DNA from: an uncultured Spirochaetota bacterium
GTDB taxonomy: Bacteria; Spirochaetota; Spirochaetia; SZUA-6; Fen-1364
Length of the DNA: 64,000 nucleotides
Assembly: GCA_963820525.1 (NCBI GenBank)
Contig: CAWGAA010000003.1
Location: forward strand, 128,001 to 192,000
Reading direction: 5' to 3'
Position numbers and translations under genes: made by a program. Below, in pieces: positions 50,811 to 60,942 of this stretch. A model generated the notes under the pieces. It made no database searches. It was not told the DNA's origin and saw only the letters and a program-made list of their open reading frames with translations. Within the stretch, counting starts at the first letter, position 1. The number at the start of each line of letters is the position of its first letter.

Positions 50811-52184
50811 ATGACGCGCATCACATTTCCCGCAGGCTTCCAATGGGGGGTGGCCACCTCGTCGTGCCAGATCGAGGGCTCCCCGCTGGAAGACGGTGCC
50901 GGCCCCTCGATCTGGCACGAGTTCGCCCACAAAAAGGGAAAGATCAGGGACGGCTCCACGGCGGACGTGGCGAGCGACCACTACCACCGCTGGGCCGAAG
51001 ACATCCAGATCATGAAAGGCCTCGGGCTCGGGGCCTATCGCTTCTCCATAGCCTGGCCGCGGATATTCCCCGCGCCCGGCAGGCTGAATCCAAAGGGCAT
51101 CGATTTCTACTCCCGGATCGTGGACGGCCTCCTTTCCGCCGGCATTACGCCCTACCCCACCCTCTTCCACTGGGACGAGCCGTCGTGGCTGGAGCGCGCT
51201 GGCGGCTTCGTCGAGCGCTCGTCCATCGACAGATTCCTCGAGTACGGCGCCGCGGTGATGGAGCGGCTGGGAGACAGGGTGAAGAACTGGATCACGCTCA
51301 ACGAACCGTCCGTGTTCTCTTTCTTCGGCTACGGAACCGGAGAGTTCGCCCCGGGACGAAAGCGGGACCTTCGCGCCTTCTATCACGTCGCCCACAACCT
51401 CCTCCTGGCCCACGCGCGCATGGTGGAGGCGTTCCCATCCCTGGTGAAGAACGGCAGGATCGGCATCGCCCACCACTTTGTGTGGGTATCCGCGAAGAAC
51501 CCTCCCGGCCCGAGAGATGGAGAGGCCGCCGCGTTCATGGATGACGCGGTCAACCGCTTCTTCATGGATCCCCTTTTCTTCGGCAGGTATCCCCAGCGCG
51601 TCGTATCCCGGCTGCGCCGCTTCCTGCCCAAATCCTTCGAGAAGGACCTCTCCGAGATTGCGGGAAAGAGGGGAGACTTCTTCGGCTTGAACTACTACAC
51701 CAGAAACGAATACCGCTACGCCCTGCTCCAGCCCTATATGCACGCCAGGGAAGTCATCGACCCGCGGCGGCCGCGCAGCGCCATGTGGGAGATCTACCCC
51801 GCGGGGATGGGCAAGTCCCTGGCGCGCCTGCGCGACGAATACGGAAATCCTCCGTGCTTCATCACCGAGAACGGGTTTCCGCTGGTGGAAAGGGCGGGCC
51901 GCGATCCATTGGACGATCGCGAAAGGATTGCCTACCTTTCCAGCCACCTTGCCGAGGTGGGAAAGGCGGTTGCCGACGGCGTGGACTGCCGCGGATATTT
52001 CCATTGGACGCTCATGGACAACTGGGAATGGGACAAGGGATTCGAGATGCGCTTCGGCCTGGTGCGGACCGATTTCGCCAACCAGAAACGCACGTGGAAG
52101 GCGAGCGCCTCCTGGTACCGCGAGCTTGCGCACGCCAATGCCCTGGAGGTTGAAAGCCTCCCTGCTTCCGGTGACGACTCATGA
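50811..52184 (+). CDS. GH1 beta-glucosidase
   Basis: FQWGVATSSCQIEG, DHYHRW, YRFSIAWPR, TLNEP, ITENG, DNWEW. Confidence 0.95.
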   Translation: MTRITFPAGFQWGVATSSCQIEGSPLEDGAGPSIWHEFAHKKGKIRDGSTADVASDHYHRWAEDIQIMKGLGLGAYRFSIAWPRIFPAPGRLNPKGIDFYSRIVDGLLSAGITPYPTLFHWDEPSWLERAGGFVERSSIDRFLEYGAAVMERLGDRVKNWITLNEPSVFSFFGYGTGEFAPGRKRDLRAFYHVAHNLLLAHARMVEAFPSLVKNGRIGIAHHFVWVSAKNPPGPRDGEAAAFMDDAVNRFFMDPLFFGRYPQRVVSRLRRFLPKSFEKDLSEIAGKRGDFFGLNYYTRNEYRYALLQPYMHAREVIDPRRPRSAMWEIYPAGMGKSLARLRDEYGNPPCFITENGFPLVERAGRDPLDDRERIAYLSSHLAEVGKAVADGVDCRGYFHWTLMDNWEWDKGFEMRFGLVRTDFANQKRTWKASASWYRELAHANALEVESLPASGDDS

Positions 52185-52873
52185 TCGATTTCCAATCCCT
52201 TGGAGGTTCCGCCAGCTTCTACTTCACCCGCCATGGGGAAAGCGAAGGCAACCGGGACGGCATCATGCAGGGCAGGACCCCCTCCACGCTCACGGACAAG
52301 GGGCGCGCGCAGGCCCGGCAGGCGGGCCTGTGGTTCCGACCGCGGGGAATAAAGACGATCGTCTCCTCGCCCCTCGCCCGCGCCGGCCAGACCGCCCGGA
52401 TCATCGCGGATGAAACCGGCGTTTCGGACCTCAGGTTCCTGGACGAGCTCGTGGAAATAGACACGGGGATCTTCAGCAACCTGACCCGGGCCGAGGCGCG
52501 CGCGAAATACCCCGAGGCCTGGCTTTCCTTCACGCGGGAGAGCTGGGAAGGAGTGCCGGGTTCCGAGAAGATCGAGGAGATTCTAGAACGAACCCGCGCG
52601 GCATGGGACAGGCTTTTCGACGTGTACCGCGAGGGAAAGGAAACCCTTTTGTGCGTGACGCACAGCGGGTTCCTCCAGTGGATGATCCGCTCGACCCTCG
52701 GCCTCACGACCTGGATGCCCCTCCTCTCCACGGGCGGCAATTGCGCCATCAGCCTCCTGCGCGTGGAGAACGGGCCGTCGAACGAAGAACGGCCTTTCCC
52801 CTTCGTCAGCTGGGAAATGATCAATGTGCCGCCGGATCGCTCATCCGTTGACGCCTCCCCGGCCGATCATTAG
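52181..52873 (+). CDS. Histidine phosphatase family protein
   Basis: RHGESEGN, SSPLARA, EIDTG, VTHSG. Confidence 0.9.
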   Translation: MIDFQSLGGSASFYFTRHGESEGNRDGIMQGRTPSTLTDKGRAQARQAGLWFRPRGIKTIVSSPLARAGQTARIIADETGVSDLRFLDELVEIDTGIFSNLTRAEARAKYPEAWLSFTRESWEGVPGSEKIEEILERTRAAWDRLFDVYREGKETLLCVTHSGFLQWMIRSTLGLTTWMPLLSTGGNCAISLLRVENGPSNEERPFPFVSWEMINVPPDRSSVDASPADH

Positions 52874-52884
52874 AGTAGCGAATC

Positions 52885-54183
52885 ATGAAAATACGCATTC
52901 TTTCCTGGGGCTCCCTCCCCCCCCGTGAGCGAAAGTCCATCCTCGCAAGATCGGAGCAGGACATCTCCCGCGCAATGGAGCAGGTCAGGAAGATCCTCGA
53001 CCGCGTCAAGGCCGAAGGAGACCGGGCGCTCGTGGAGTACACGCGGCAGTTCCATGGCGCGGACCTCACGGGAAAGGCCCTCCGGGTGTCGGAAGAAGAG
53101 ATCGAGGAGGCGGGCCGGTCCATCCCACGCGCCGTAGCCGAGGCCATCACGGCGTCCGCGGGGAACGTGCGCGCCTGCCACGAGGACCAGCTCCCCGGCC
53201 CCCTGAAGCTCAGGGAGGTGCGGCCCGGGGTCTTTGCCGGAGAGCGGGCCGTCCCGATCCCTTCCGCCGGGCTGTATGCGCCCCGCGGCAAGGGCAGCTT
53301 CCCATCCTCGATGTACATGATGGCGGTGCCCGCTTCGGTGGCGGGGGTTTCGAGGATCGTGGTCGTGAGCCCGCCGGACGCCCAGGGGCGCTCTGATCCG
53401 GCCACGCTTCATGCCGCGCGGGTATGCGGGGTTCACGAGATCTACCGCATCGGCGGGGTGCAGGCGGTTGCCGCGCTCGCCTACGGGACCGAGAGCGTTC
53501 CCGCCGTGGCCAAGATCGTCGGGCCGGGCAGCCAGTTCGTGACGGCCGCCAAACGGCTTCTCTTCGGCATCGTGGACGTCGGCCTCCCCGCCGGTCCGTC
53601 GGAATCCCTCGTCATCGCGGACGACACCACGGATCCCCGGCGGGCCGCCCTCGACCTCCTCATCGAGGCCGAGCACGGCCCCGATTCCCAGGCCCTCCTG
53701 GTCACGGCAAGCCGCGCCGTGGCCGACGCCGTTGCCGCCCAGCTGCCGAAGCTCGCCGCCGAGCTTCCCGAGCCGCGCCGCTCCTTCGTGGAAAGCGTCT
53801 TCGCCGGCTACGGCGGGATCATCCTCACGTCGAGCATCGAGGAGACGGCCGACGTGGCCAATGCGGTGGCCCCCGAGCACCTCCAGATCGCGACGGCTGA
53901 GCCCTTCGCGGTGCTTGGCCTGATCAAAAACGCCGGAGAGATTCTCCTCGGGCAGCACACCCCCTTCTCCCTCGCCAACTACTCCATCGGCGCCAACGCC
54001 GTGCTCCCCACGGGCGGCGCGGCGAGGACCTGGTCCCCCCTCTCCACGCGGGACTTCATGAAGTGGTCTTCGATTGCGTATCTGACCCAGGAAGGTTATA
54101 GTTCATTGAAAGACACCGCCCTTGCCCTCGCGGATTACGAAGGTTTCCCCGCGCACGCCAAGGCGTTGCGAGAAAGGAGCTGA
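52885..54183 (+). CDS. Histidinol-dehydrogenase-family protein, non-canonical active site
   Basis: GGVQAVAALAYGT, KIVGPG, PAGPSE, APEHL, EGFPAH; but EAEH for QAEH and NY..GANAVLPT for DY..GxNHxLPT. Confidence 0.85.
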   Translation: MKIRILSWGSLPPRERKSILARSEQDISRAMEQVRKILDRVKAEGDRALVEYTRQFHGADLTGKALRVSEEEIEEAGRSIPRAVAEAITASAGNVRACHEDQLPGPLKLREVRPGVFAGERAVPIPSAGLYAPRGKGSFPSSMYMMAVPASVAGVSRIVVVSPPDAQGRSDPATLHAARVCGVHEIYRIGGVQAVAALAYGTESVPAVAKIVGPGSQFVTAAKRLLFGIVDVGLPAGPSESLVIADDTTDPRRAALDLLIEAEHGPDSQALLVTASRAVADAVAAQLPKLAAELPEPRRSFVESVFAGYGGIILTSSIEETADVANAVAPEHLQIATAEPFAVLGLIKNAGEILLGQHTPFSLANYSIGANAVLPTGGAARTWSPLSTRDFMKWSSIAYLTQEGYSSLKDTALALADYEGFPAHAKALRERS

Positions 54184-54184
54184 C

Positions 54185-55681
54185 ATGAGCCCGGCGAGAG
54201 CCAAGCCGCGAAAACCCACCCAGCGTCCCGCGAAGAAGCCCACCCCCTCCGCGCGGCGAACCGCCGCAAAGGCGAAGCCTGCCAGGAGGGCCGCCGCAAA
54301 GCGCCCCGCGCGCGCCGCCGAACAAGCCCGAAAGCGCCCTCCCCGCGCCAACGCGAAGCTGTTGGATCTCAAGGACGACACCCTCAAGGCATGGGTCGTA
54401 ACCGCAGACATGGGGCTGGGGCACCAGAGGGCCGCCTACCCGCTTCGCTCTATCGCCAAGAGCGGGATCATGACCCTGGGAAAGGCGGCCGACACGCCGC
54501 CGGAAGAGCACAAGCTGTGGGTGCGGATGCGCAAGAACTACGAGTTTCTCTCTCGTACCAAGAACTGGCCCGTCGTCGGCAACATGCTCTTCAGCCTCCT
54601 GGACCGCATCCAGAACATCCCGCCCTTCTACCCGATACGCGACATGTCCAGCCCTTCGTTCCAGGTGATGTGGCTGAAGTCCTACATCGAGAAGGGCATG
54701 TGCATGGGGATGATGGAAAGAATCCGCCAGACCCCGCTTCCGCTCATCACCACGTACTTCGCCCCGGCCATCGCGGCCGATATGGCGGGCTACTCCCGCG
54801 TCTACTGCATCCTCTGCGACGCGGAGATCAACCGGGCCTGGGTGGCGGAGAACCCCCGCAGGAGCAAGATCGTCTATCTCGCCCCCTGCGGAAGGACGGT
54901 GCGCAGGCTCCACCAGTACGGGGTGCCCGACGAGCGGATCTGGCTCACGGGCTTCCCCTTCCCCATCGAGCTCCTGGGAGATCACAACCTCAATGTCCTG
55001 AAGTGGGACGCCGCGCAGCGGCTGTTCTACCTCGATCCGATGAACCGCTTCTGGCCCCTGCACGGGAGAAACGTGACCCACTTCCTGGGCCCCCAGAACT
55101 GCCGCTTCGCCAAGGACCGCGTGCTCACCATCACCTTCGGGGTCGGAGGCGCCGGCGCGCAGACCGACATCGCCTACGCGGTGGCGCGAAGCCTGCGGGA
55201 CAAGATCGCCAAGGGCACGATCCAGTACAACGTGCTCGCCGGGATCAGGCCGGAAGTCAACGAGTTCCTCCAGAAGATGAAGAAGGACCTGGGGTGCCCC
55301 TCCATCAACATCGTGTTCGGCCGCAGCCTCGAGGAGTACTTCAAGAACTTCACGGAATGCATGCGGGTCACCGACATTCTCTGGACCAAGCCCAGCGAGC
55401 TTTCCTTCTACTGCGGCCTGGGAATCCCCGTCGTCATCGCCCCGCCCATCGGCTCGCAGGAGAAGTACAACCAGAGCTGGCTGCTGGAGATCCAGGCCGG
55501 CTATCCCCAGGAAGACCCCCAGTACGCGGACCAATGGCTCTTCGACCTGCTGAACGCGGGGAGGCTCGCCGACGCGGCGTGGGACGGCTTCCTCAAGGCG
55601 CGCAAGTACGGTACTTACAAGATCTACGAGATCCTGCAAAACGGGGCCATGGAGAGGGAGACGTCCGTTCTCCGCAGATGA
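54185..55681 (+). CDS. GT-B-fold glycosyltransferase-like protein (DUF6938-like) with basic low-complexity N-tail
   Basis: ADMGLGHQRAA, LTGFP, GVGGAG, TDILWTKPSELSFY, PIGSQEKYN. Confidence 0.7.
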   Translation: MSPARAKPRKPTQRPAKKPTPSARRTAAKAKPARRAAAKRPARAAEQARKRPPRANAKLLDLKDDTLKAWVVTADMGLGHQRAAYPLRSIAKSGIMTLGKAADTPPEEHKLWVRMRKNYEFLSRTKNWPVVGNMLFSLLDRIQNIPPFYPIRDMSSPSFQVMWLKSYIEKGMCMGMMERIRQTPLPLITTYFAPAIAADMAGYSRVYCILCDAEINRAWVAENPRRSKIVYLAPCGRTVRRLHQYGVPDERIWLTGFPFPIELLGDHNLNVLKWDAAQRLFYLDPMNRFWPLHGRNVTHFLGPQNCRFAKDRVLTITFGVGGAGAQTDIAYAVARSLRDKIAKGTIQYNVLAGIRPEVNEFLQKMKKDLGCPSINIVFGRSLEEYFKNFTECMRVTDILWTKPSELSFYCGLGIPVVIAPPIGSQEKYNQSWLLEIQAGYPQEDPQYADQWLFDLLNAGRLADAAWDGFLKARKYGTYKIYEILQNGAMERETSVLRR

Positions 55682-57012
55682 TCGGCGAGATGCAAACGCC
55701 CGAGGACGTCTTTGACTGGGCGGACGGGTTCACGAACCTCGAGAGGGGCAGGCTGCCCTTCGACAAGCGCAATTACCGCCTGGACCGGATGCGCCGCCTG
55801 CTTGCCCTCTTCGGCGGCCCCGAACAAGCCTTCCGGACAATCCACGTCGCGGGGACCAAGGGCAAAGGCTCCACGGCCGCGCTCCTTTCGGCGGTCATCG
55901 ACGCGGCGGGCGGAAGGTGCGGCCTGTATACCTCGCCCCATGTGAGCTCGCCGCTCGAGCGGATCTCGGTGTCCGGCGCCCCGCCGCTTCCCGAGCTGTT
56001 CGTCGGCCTGGGACAGGAGCTTCGAGAGAGGGTGGAGCGGGTTCGCCCGGGCGAGCTTCCCGGCGGCTTTCCCCCAACAACCTTCGAGCTGTATACCATG
56101 CTGGCATTCCTCGCTTTCCGCTCGAGCGGATGCACGGACGCCGTTGTGGAAACGGGGATCGGGGGGCGGCTCGATGCCACCAACGTCGTCCACCCCGAGG
56201 CATCGGTGATAACTCCCCTGGACCTGGAGCACACCGAGATCCTCGGAGACACCATTGAACGGATCGCCTTCGAGAAGGCGGGCATCATCAAGGAGGGGGT
56301 CCCCGCTTTCATCGCCGCGCAGCCCGCGGATGCCCGGCGGGTCTTCCGGGACGCGGCCCGCCGGAGAAACGCCCCGCTTGTCTTCCTCGACGAGGAGCTT
56401 GAAAGCCTGGAGGTGTCACTGACGGACTGCGGCACCTCGTTCAGCATGAAGCTCAAGGGGATGAAGAGCGAGGAGTTCCGCCTCTCCCTCCTGGGCCGCT
56501 TCCAGGCCGAGAATGCCACCCTGGCGTACCTCGTGCTCAGGCGGTGCCGGCCCGATATCCCCCGCGCCGCTTTCCAGCGAGGCTTTCTGGGCGCCCTTCT
56601 TCCGGGGAGAATGGAGGTGATTCAACGCTCTCCCGTCATCGTCGTGGACGGCGCCCATACCCCGCTTGCCGTCCGGCGCCTCCTGGAATCGTTCTCCGCC
56701 ATCTTTCCCGGCGAAGCGGTTCTCATCTTCGGCTCGGTTGCGGGCAAAAGACCTCATGAGATGGCGGAGATCCTCGCCCCGGCTTTCAACACTGTCATCG
56801 TCTCCACGCCCGGGACCTTCAAGGCGAGCAGACCGGAAGATGTGTATTCTATTTTCAATGCTCTCAATCCCCGCTCAGTGCTGGAGAAAGACCCGGCCGC
56901 CGCGCTCGCGCGTGCCCGGCAGGCCGCGGCGGGAAAGCTGCCCATCCTGGTGACGGGATCGTTCTACATGGTCGCGGAGATAAGAAAGCTGGTATCGGGC
57001 AGCGAACGATAG
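55678..57012 (+). CDS. folC: Folylpolyglutamate synthase/dihydrofolate synthase
   Basis: IHVAGTKGKGST, YTSPH, TTFE, ETGIGGRLDATN, EKAGIIK, PGRME, DGAH, VTGSFY. Confidence 0.95.
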   Translation: MIGEMQTPEDVFDWADGFTNLERGRLPFDKRNYRLDRMRRLLALFGGPEQAFRTIHVAGTKGKGSTAALLSAVIDAAGGRCGLYTSPHVSSPLERISVSGAPPLPELFVGLGQELRERVERVRPGELPGGFPPTTFELYTMLAFLAFRSSGCTDAVVETGIGGRLDATNVVHPEASVITPLDLEHTEILGDTIERIAFEKAGIIKEGVPAFIAAQPADARRVFRDAARRRNAPLVFLDEELESLEVSLTDCGTSFSMKLKGMKSEEFRLSLLGRFQAENATLAYLVLRRCRPDIPRAAFQRGFLGALLPGRMEVIQRSPVIVVDGAHTPLAVRRLLESFSAIFPGEAVLIFGSVAGKRPHEMAEILAPAFNTVIVSTPGTFKASRPEDVYSIFNALNPRSVLEKDPAAALARARQAAAGKLPILVTGSFYMVAEIRKLVSGSER

Positions 57013-57035
57013 GCCCGATGGGGCGGGAGGTGACA

Positions 57036-57587
57036 ATGCGTCAGGAAATCTTCTTCAAAGATCGGCTGATTGTGGAAACAGGCGACATCACGGAGGCGGT
57101 CGTCGACGCCATCGTGAACGCGGCGAACTCCAGCCTCAAGGGCGGCGGGGGCGTCGATGGCGCCATACACCGGGCCGGCGGCCCCGAAATCCTGGAGGAA
57201 TGCCGGAAACTGCGGCAGGGAAAGTACCTCGGAGGGCTTTCCCCCGGGGAGGCGGTTCCGACCACGGCAGGGCGTCTTCACGCCCGCTATGTGATCCACA
57301 CCGTCGGCCCCGTGTGGCACGGCGGGGGCTCCGGAGAGGCTGAAACCCTCTCCCGCTGCTACAGAAACAGCCTGGAGCTCGCCGGCAAGCTGGGCCTCGA
57401 CAGCATCGCCTTCCCCGCCATCTCCACCGGCGTCTACGGTTATCCCATGGAGGAAGCCGCCCGTATTGTCTGGAAGACGCTCGAGGATTTTTTCGCCTCG
57501 GCCGCAGCGCCGCGCGTTGTGCGCCTGGTGTTCTATTCCGACGAGGACATGAGCCTTTTCCTCTCCGCCCGGCCGGAGGCTGTCTAG
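57036..57587 (+). CDS. Macrodomain O-acetyl-ADP-ribose deacetylase (YmdB-like)
   Basis: GDIT, AIVNAAN, GGGGVDGAIH, VIHTVGP, AFPAISTGVYGYP. Confidence 0.95.
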   Translation: MRQEIFFKDRLIVETGDITEAVVDAIVNAANSSLKGGGGVDGAIHRAGGPEILEECRKLRQGKYLGGLSPGEAVPTTAGRLHARYVIHTVGPVWHGGGSGEAETLSRCYRNSLELAGKLGLDSIAFPAISTGVYGYPMEEAARIVWKTLEDFFASAAAPRVVRLVFYSDEDMSLFLSARPEAV

Positions 57588-57591
57588 CGGC

Positions 57592-59007
57592 ATGACGGCC
57601 AGCGCGTCCCTGAACTGGAAAGAGATCGACCTTCTCCTGGAGGAGCTCTCCCTTGCAGGCAGCCTCGTTCAGGACGTGCACCAGCCCACCCACGACAAGC
57701 TGGTGTTCTCTCTTTTCAGGTCCGGCGAGCATTTCACGCTTCTGGTGAGTCTCTCCACCCGCTTCCCCCGGCTGCACCTGCTCACCGAGAAGCTCCCCAA
57801 CCCGCCAAAGCCCTACCGGTTCGCCGCATTTCTGCGCGCCCATATCAAGGGGGGAAAGATCGAGTCCACCGGGCAGGTGGGGCGGGAAAGGATTGTCCGA
57901 ATCGACATGAAAAAGGCGGACGAGCGGAAAACCCTCTGGCTCAGGCTCTGGGGATCCGCGGCCAATGCAATCGTCACCGATGCCGATGGCGTCATCCTGG
58001 ACGCGTTCTATCGGCGGCCAAAGCGCGGTGAGGTTTCGGGAGGCAAGTTCGAGCCCCCCGCCGCCCGCCCTATTGAAGCGCAGCGGGAGTACGGGGTGCG
58101 GGAGCTTCCCGGAGAAGGGGGCTTCAACGCGCGGGTGGAAAACTTTTTCAGGAAGCTCGAGGCGAGCGGGGACGCGGAGAACACGCGCGCGCGCCTGGAG
58201 ACGGAGCTCTCCGTGCGCGAGAGCAAAGTGCTGGCCAACCTGGAAAAGCTGGAGAAGCGACTTGCCGAATACTCCAACCTCGAGCGCTTCAAGGAGCTGG
58301 GAGACCTGCTCATCTCCTCCCTCCATCGGATCTCCAAGGGAGACAGGTGGGTGAAGGTGGAAGACTTCTTCCACGGCGATGTTCCCGTGGACATCGAGCT
58401 TTCCCCCGAGCTCACCCCGCCGCAGAACGCGGAAAGCTACTACGAGCGCTACAGGAAGGCGCGCGACGGCATGGGCAAGGTCGTCGACGAGATCGCGCAC
58501 CTGCGCGGGATGCTGGATGCTATAGAGAGAGATCGAAGCGCTCTTTCCCGGGGAGACGTGGAAACCCTGCGAGCCCAGGAAGGGAAGGCAGAGCAGCGAA
58601 GGAAAACGGCCGTATCCCCCGATACGCCGGGGCTCGTGTTCGAGCGGCCACCCTACAGGCTCATCGTCGGCCGCTCCGGCAGGGAGAACGACGAGCTCTT
58701 GCGTCATGCGGTGCGGGGAAACGACTGGTGGTTTCACTCCCGTGACTATCCCGGCGCCTACGTGTTCGTCAAAGCTCCCCAGGGCAAGAGCCTACCCTTG
58801 GAGGTGATGCTCGACGCGGGAAACCTCGCAATTCACTTCAGCAAAGGGAAGAACTCGGGCGCCGGGGACGTGTACTACACCCGGGTGAAGTACCTGCGCA
58901 GGGCCAAGGGGGGAAAGAGGGGGCTTGTGATCCCGACCCAGGAGAAGAACCTCCATGTCAGGTTGGACGAGGCCAGGATCGAGAGGCTCAAGAGCGGTGG
59001 GGAGTAG
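57592..59007 (+). CDS. NFACT/RqcH (FbpA) ribosome quality control factor
   Basis: ERIVR, QNAESYYERYRKA, VGRSGRENDELL, DWWFHSRDYPGAYV, VYYTRVKYL. Confidence 0.9.
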   Translation: MTASASLNWKEIDLLLEELSLAGSLVQDVHQPTHDKLVFSLFRSGEHFTLLVSLSTRFPRLHLLTEKLPNPPKPYRFAAFLRAHIKGGKIESTGQVGRERIVRIDMKKADERKTLWLRLWGSAANAIVTDADGVILDAFYRRPKRGEVSGGKFEPPAARPIEAQREYGVRELPGEGGFNARVENFFRKLEASGDAENTRARLETELSVRESKVLANLEKLEKRLAEYSNLERFKELGDLLISSLHRISKGDRWVKVEDFFHGDVPVDIELSPELTPPQNAESYYERYRKARDGMGKVVDEIAHLRGMLDAIERDRSALSRGDVETLRAQEGKAEQRRKTAVSPDTPGLVFERPPYRLIVGRSGRENDELLRHAVRGNDWWFHSRDYPGAYVFVKAPQGKSLPLEVMLDAGNLAIHFSKGKNSGAGDVYYTRVKYLRRAKGGKRGLVIPTQEKNLHVRLDEARIERLKSGGE

Positions 59008-59019
59008 TACATTTTCAGC

Positions 59020-59499
59020 ATGAAAGAGACGGTATCGATCGATTCCATCATTACGCAGCTCATGGCTGTCTTGGGAGAGGCCTTCGAAGGCCCGAAGGAA
59101 CGGTGGAGCTACTTCACGGACACCGGCGCGGACGCGGGGATGTTCGCGACGATCGGCAAGCTTAGCGCCGAGGAGGCCACCCGGGTGCTGGGGGAAACCT
59201 CGATCGCCGCGCACGTGAGCCACGTGCTCTTCGGGCTGGAAGCATCCGCGGCCTGGATATAAGGGGATCGGACAACGCGGGATTGGAAAGGCAGCTGGAG
59301 GGTGAGCTCGATCGAGGAAGCGGATTGGAAGCGCCTCCTCGAACGGCTCAGGGCCGGCTATCAGACGCTTCGCCGGGCAATACCGATGTATGCGGCAACC
59401 ACCCCCGAGGCGATGGGCGGGGCCGTCGGCGCCCTTGCCCATGCAGCCTATCACCTGGGGGCGATCCGGCAGAAAGTCACATTCGCCAGGAAAGCGTGA
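59020..59499 (+). pseudogene. DinB-like helical bundle protein with in-frame TAA at 59260-59262
   Basis: EAFEGP, SIAAHVSHV, then *GDRTTRDWKGSW..AHAAYHLGAIRQ in the same frame. Confidence 0.8.
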
Positions 59500-59514
59500 A
59501 CGACGGCGCCCGGC

Positions 59515-60924
59515 CTATGCCGGGCCGCCCGCGGCGGTCGCAGTCCGCTTCCGGTGCCGCACGAAATAAATGACGCCTGCCAGCATGATGAGAGCGGCGA
59601 AAGCAAGCAACAGGTTGCTGTAGGGGAAAGCCTTGCTTTCCGAAACCAGGGGATTGACCGGCACCTGGAGCCACCCGCTTTCCAGGATCCTCGCAACGAG
59701 GGCGGTCCCGACCGCGGCGGAAACAAAGGTGACCAGGTTGAAGAGCCCCATGCCCACTCCGGTCTCGGTCACCGCCAGGGTCTGGGAAACGCTGTTGACG
59801 AGGGCCGTCTGGACCAGGGTGAAGCCGATGTAGGTTAAAAGCAGCGCGGCTGAAACAATCCAGGCGGAGAAGCCGAGAAAGGAAGAGATCAGAAGGAGGC
59901 TGGCAACCAGGAGCGCCAGCCCGATGGCGACTACCGAGTCGTTGCCCCTCTTGTCCGCCAGGCTGCCGCCTATCCTCCCGAAAACGACGCCGCTGATGGC
60001 GCCGGGAAACATGATCAATCCGATCTCCTTCGTGCTCATGCCGCGAAGCGCGTTGAACATCAGCGGAATGATGAAAATAATCCCGATGGAGGCGCTGAAG
60101 AGGATGAACCCCACGAGCATGCCGCTCCTGAACCTGAGATTCCGGAAGAGGGAAGGCTCGATGAACGGGTTTCGGGCGCGAAGGATGTGGAGGGTGAAGG
60201 CTCCCAGCGCCAGTACGCTCGCCGCAAGGTAATACCATGCCGTGAAGGAAAGGAACAGGATAAAGGAAGTGATGCCGATTCCGATGAGGAATGCGCCCAG
60301 AATGTCCACGCCTCCCTCCTTCCTCGGCTCTTCGGGCAGCACGCGGAAGAAGAATGGAACCGAAACCAGGGTGAGCAGGGGGATCAGGAACAGGTACGTC
60401 CACCCGAGGCTTCCCGAGATGAAGCCGCCGATGACGGGCCCAATCCCGGCGGCGAACGCGACCGTCGAAGTGATCGAGCCGAACACCTTGCCCCTGTCCG
60501 AAGCGGGGAAGAACCGCGCGACGATGACCATGATCAGGGCGGGGATCGCGGAGGCGCCGGCGCCCTGGATCGCGCGCGCCGCGATGACGGCGGGATAGAA
60601 GGATTGCAGGAGAAAGCCGGCCAGGGAGCCCGACGCGTAGATGAAGACGCCGATGATGATCAGCCGCTTGAGGCTGAAGATATCGGAGAGCCTCCCGAAG
60701 ATGACGGAACCCATCGCGAAAAAGACAATGAAGGTCGTCATCACCCAGCTCACCCCCGAGGGATTCAGCCCAAACTGGCGGGCGATCGCGGGTATCGAAA
60801 CATTGAATACCGTTTCGTTGAGCACGCCGAAGAATACGAGGAAAACGATCCACGGGAGGGCCTTCCTCGCATCCAGTGAAACAGCCTGAGGCGCCATTCT
60901 GGGCGCCGTGTTGTCCATGTCCAA
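59515..60924 (-). CDS. 14-TM MFS efflux pump resembling Tet(L)/Tet(K)
   Basis: FFGVLNETVFNVSIP, GRLSD..LKR, ARAIQGAG, GIGPVIGG, MFPG, GMGLFNL, YSNLLL. Confidence 0.85.
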   Translation of the reverse strand: MDMDNTAPRMAPQAVSLDARKALPWIVFLVFFGVLNETVFNVSIPAIARQFGLNPSGVSWVMTTFIVFFAMGSVIFGRLSDIFSLKRLIIIGVFIYASGSLAGFLLQSFYPAVIAARAIQGAGASAIPALIMVIVARFFPASDRGKVFGSITSTVAFAAGIGPVIGGFISGSLGWTYLFLIPLLTLVSVPFFFRVLPEEPRKEGGVDILGAFLIGIGITSFILFLSFTAWYYLAASVLALGAFTLHILRARNPFIEPSLFRNLRFRSGMLVGFILFSASIGIIFIIPLMFNALRGMSTKEIGLIMFPGAISGVVFGRIGGSLADKRGNDSVVAIGLALLVASLLLISSFLGFSAWIVSAALLLTYIGFTLVQTALVNSVSQTLAVTETGVGMGLFNLVTFVSAAVGTALVARILESGWLQVPVNPLVSESKAFPYSNLLLAFAALIMLAGVIYFVRHRKRTATAAGGPA

Positions 60925-60942
60925 TGTGCCTCCCTTCGCTAT

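Noticed and set aside
54391..57012. 873-aa FolC fusion
   Set aside because: The N-terminal half is an off-frame read of the upstream gene; folC starts at about 55678.
57036..59007. Macrodomain + NFACT as an anti-phage or ADP-ribosylation module
   Set aside because: Both are common housekeeping genes, and no ADP-ribosyltransferase, sirtuin or defence gene is nearby.
59260..59262. Stop-codon recoding in the DinB-like gene
   Set aside because: The codon is TAA, which is not a Sec/Pyl codon and is used as a normal stop elsewhere in the window.
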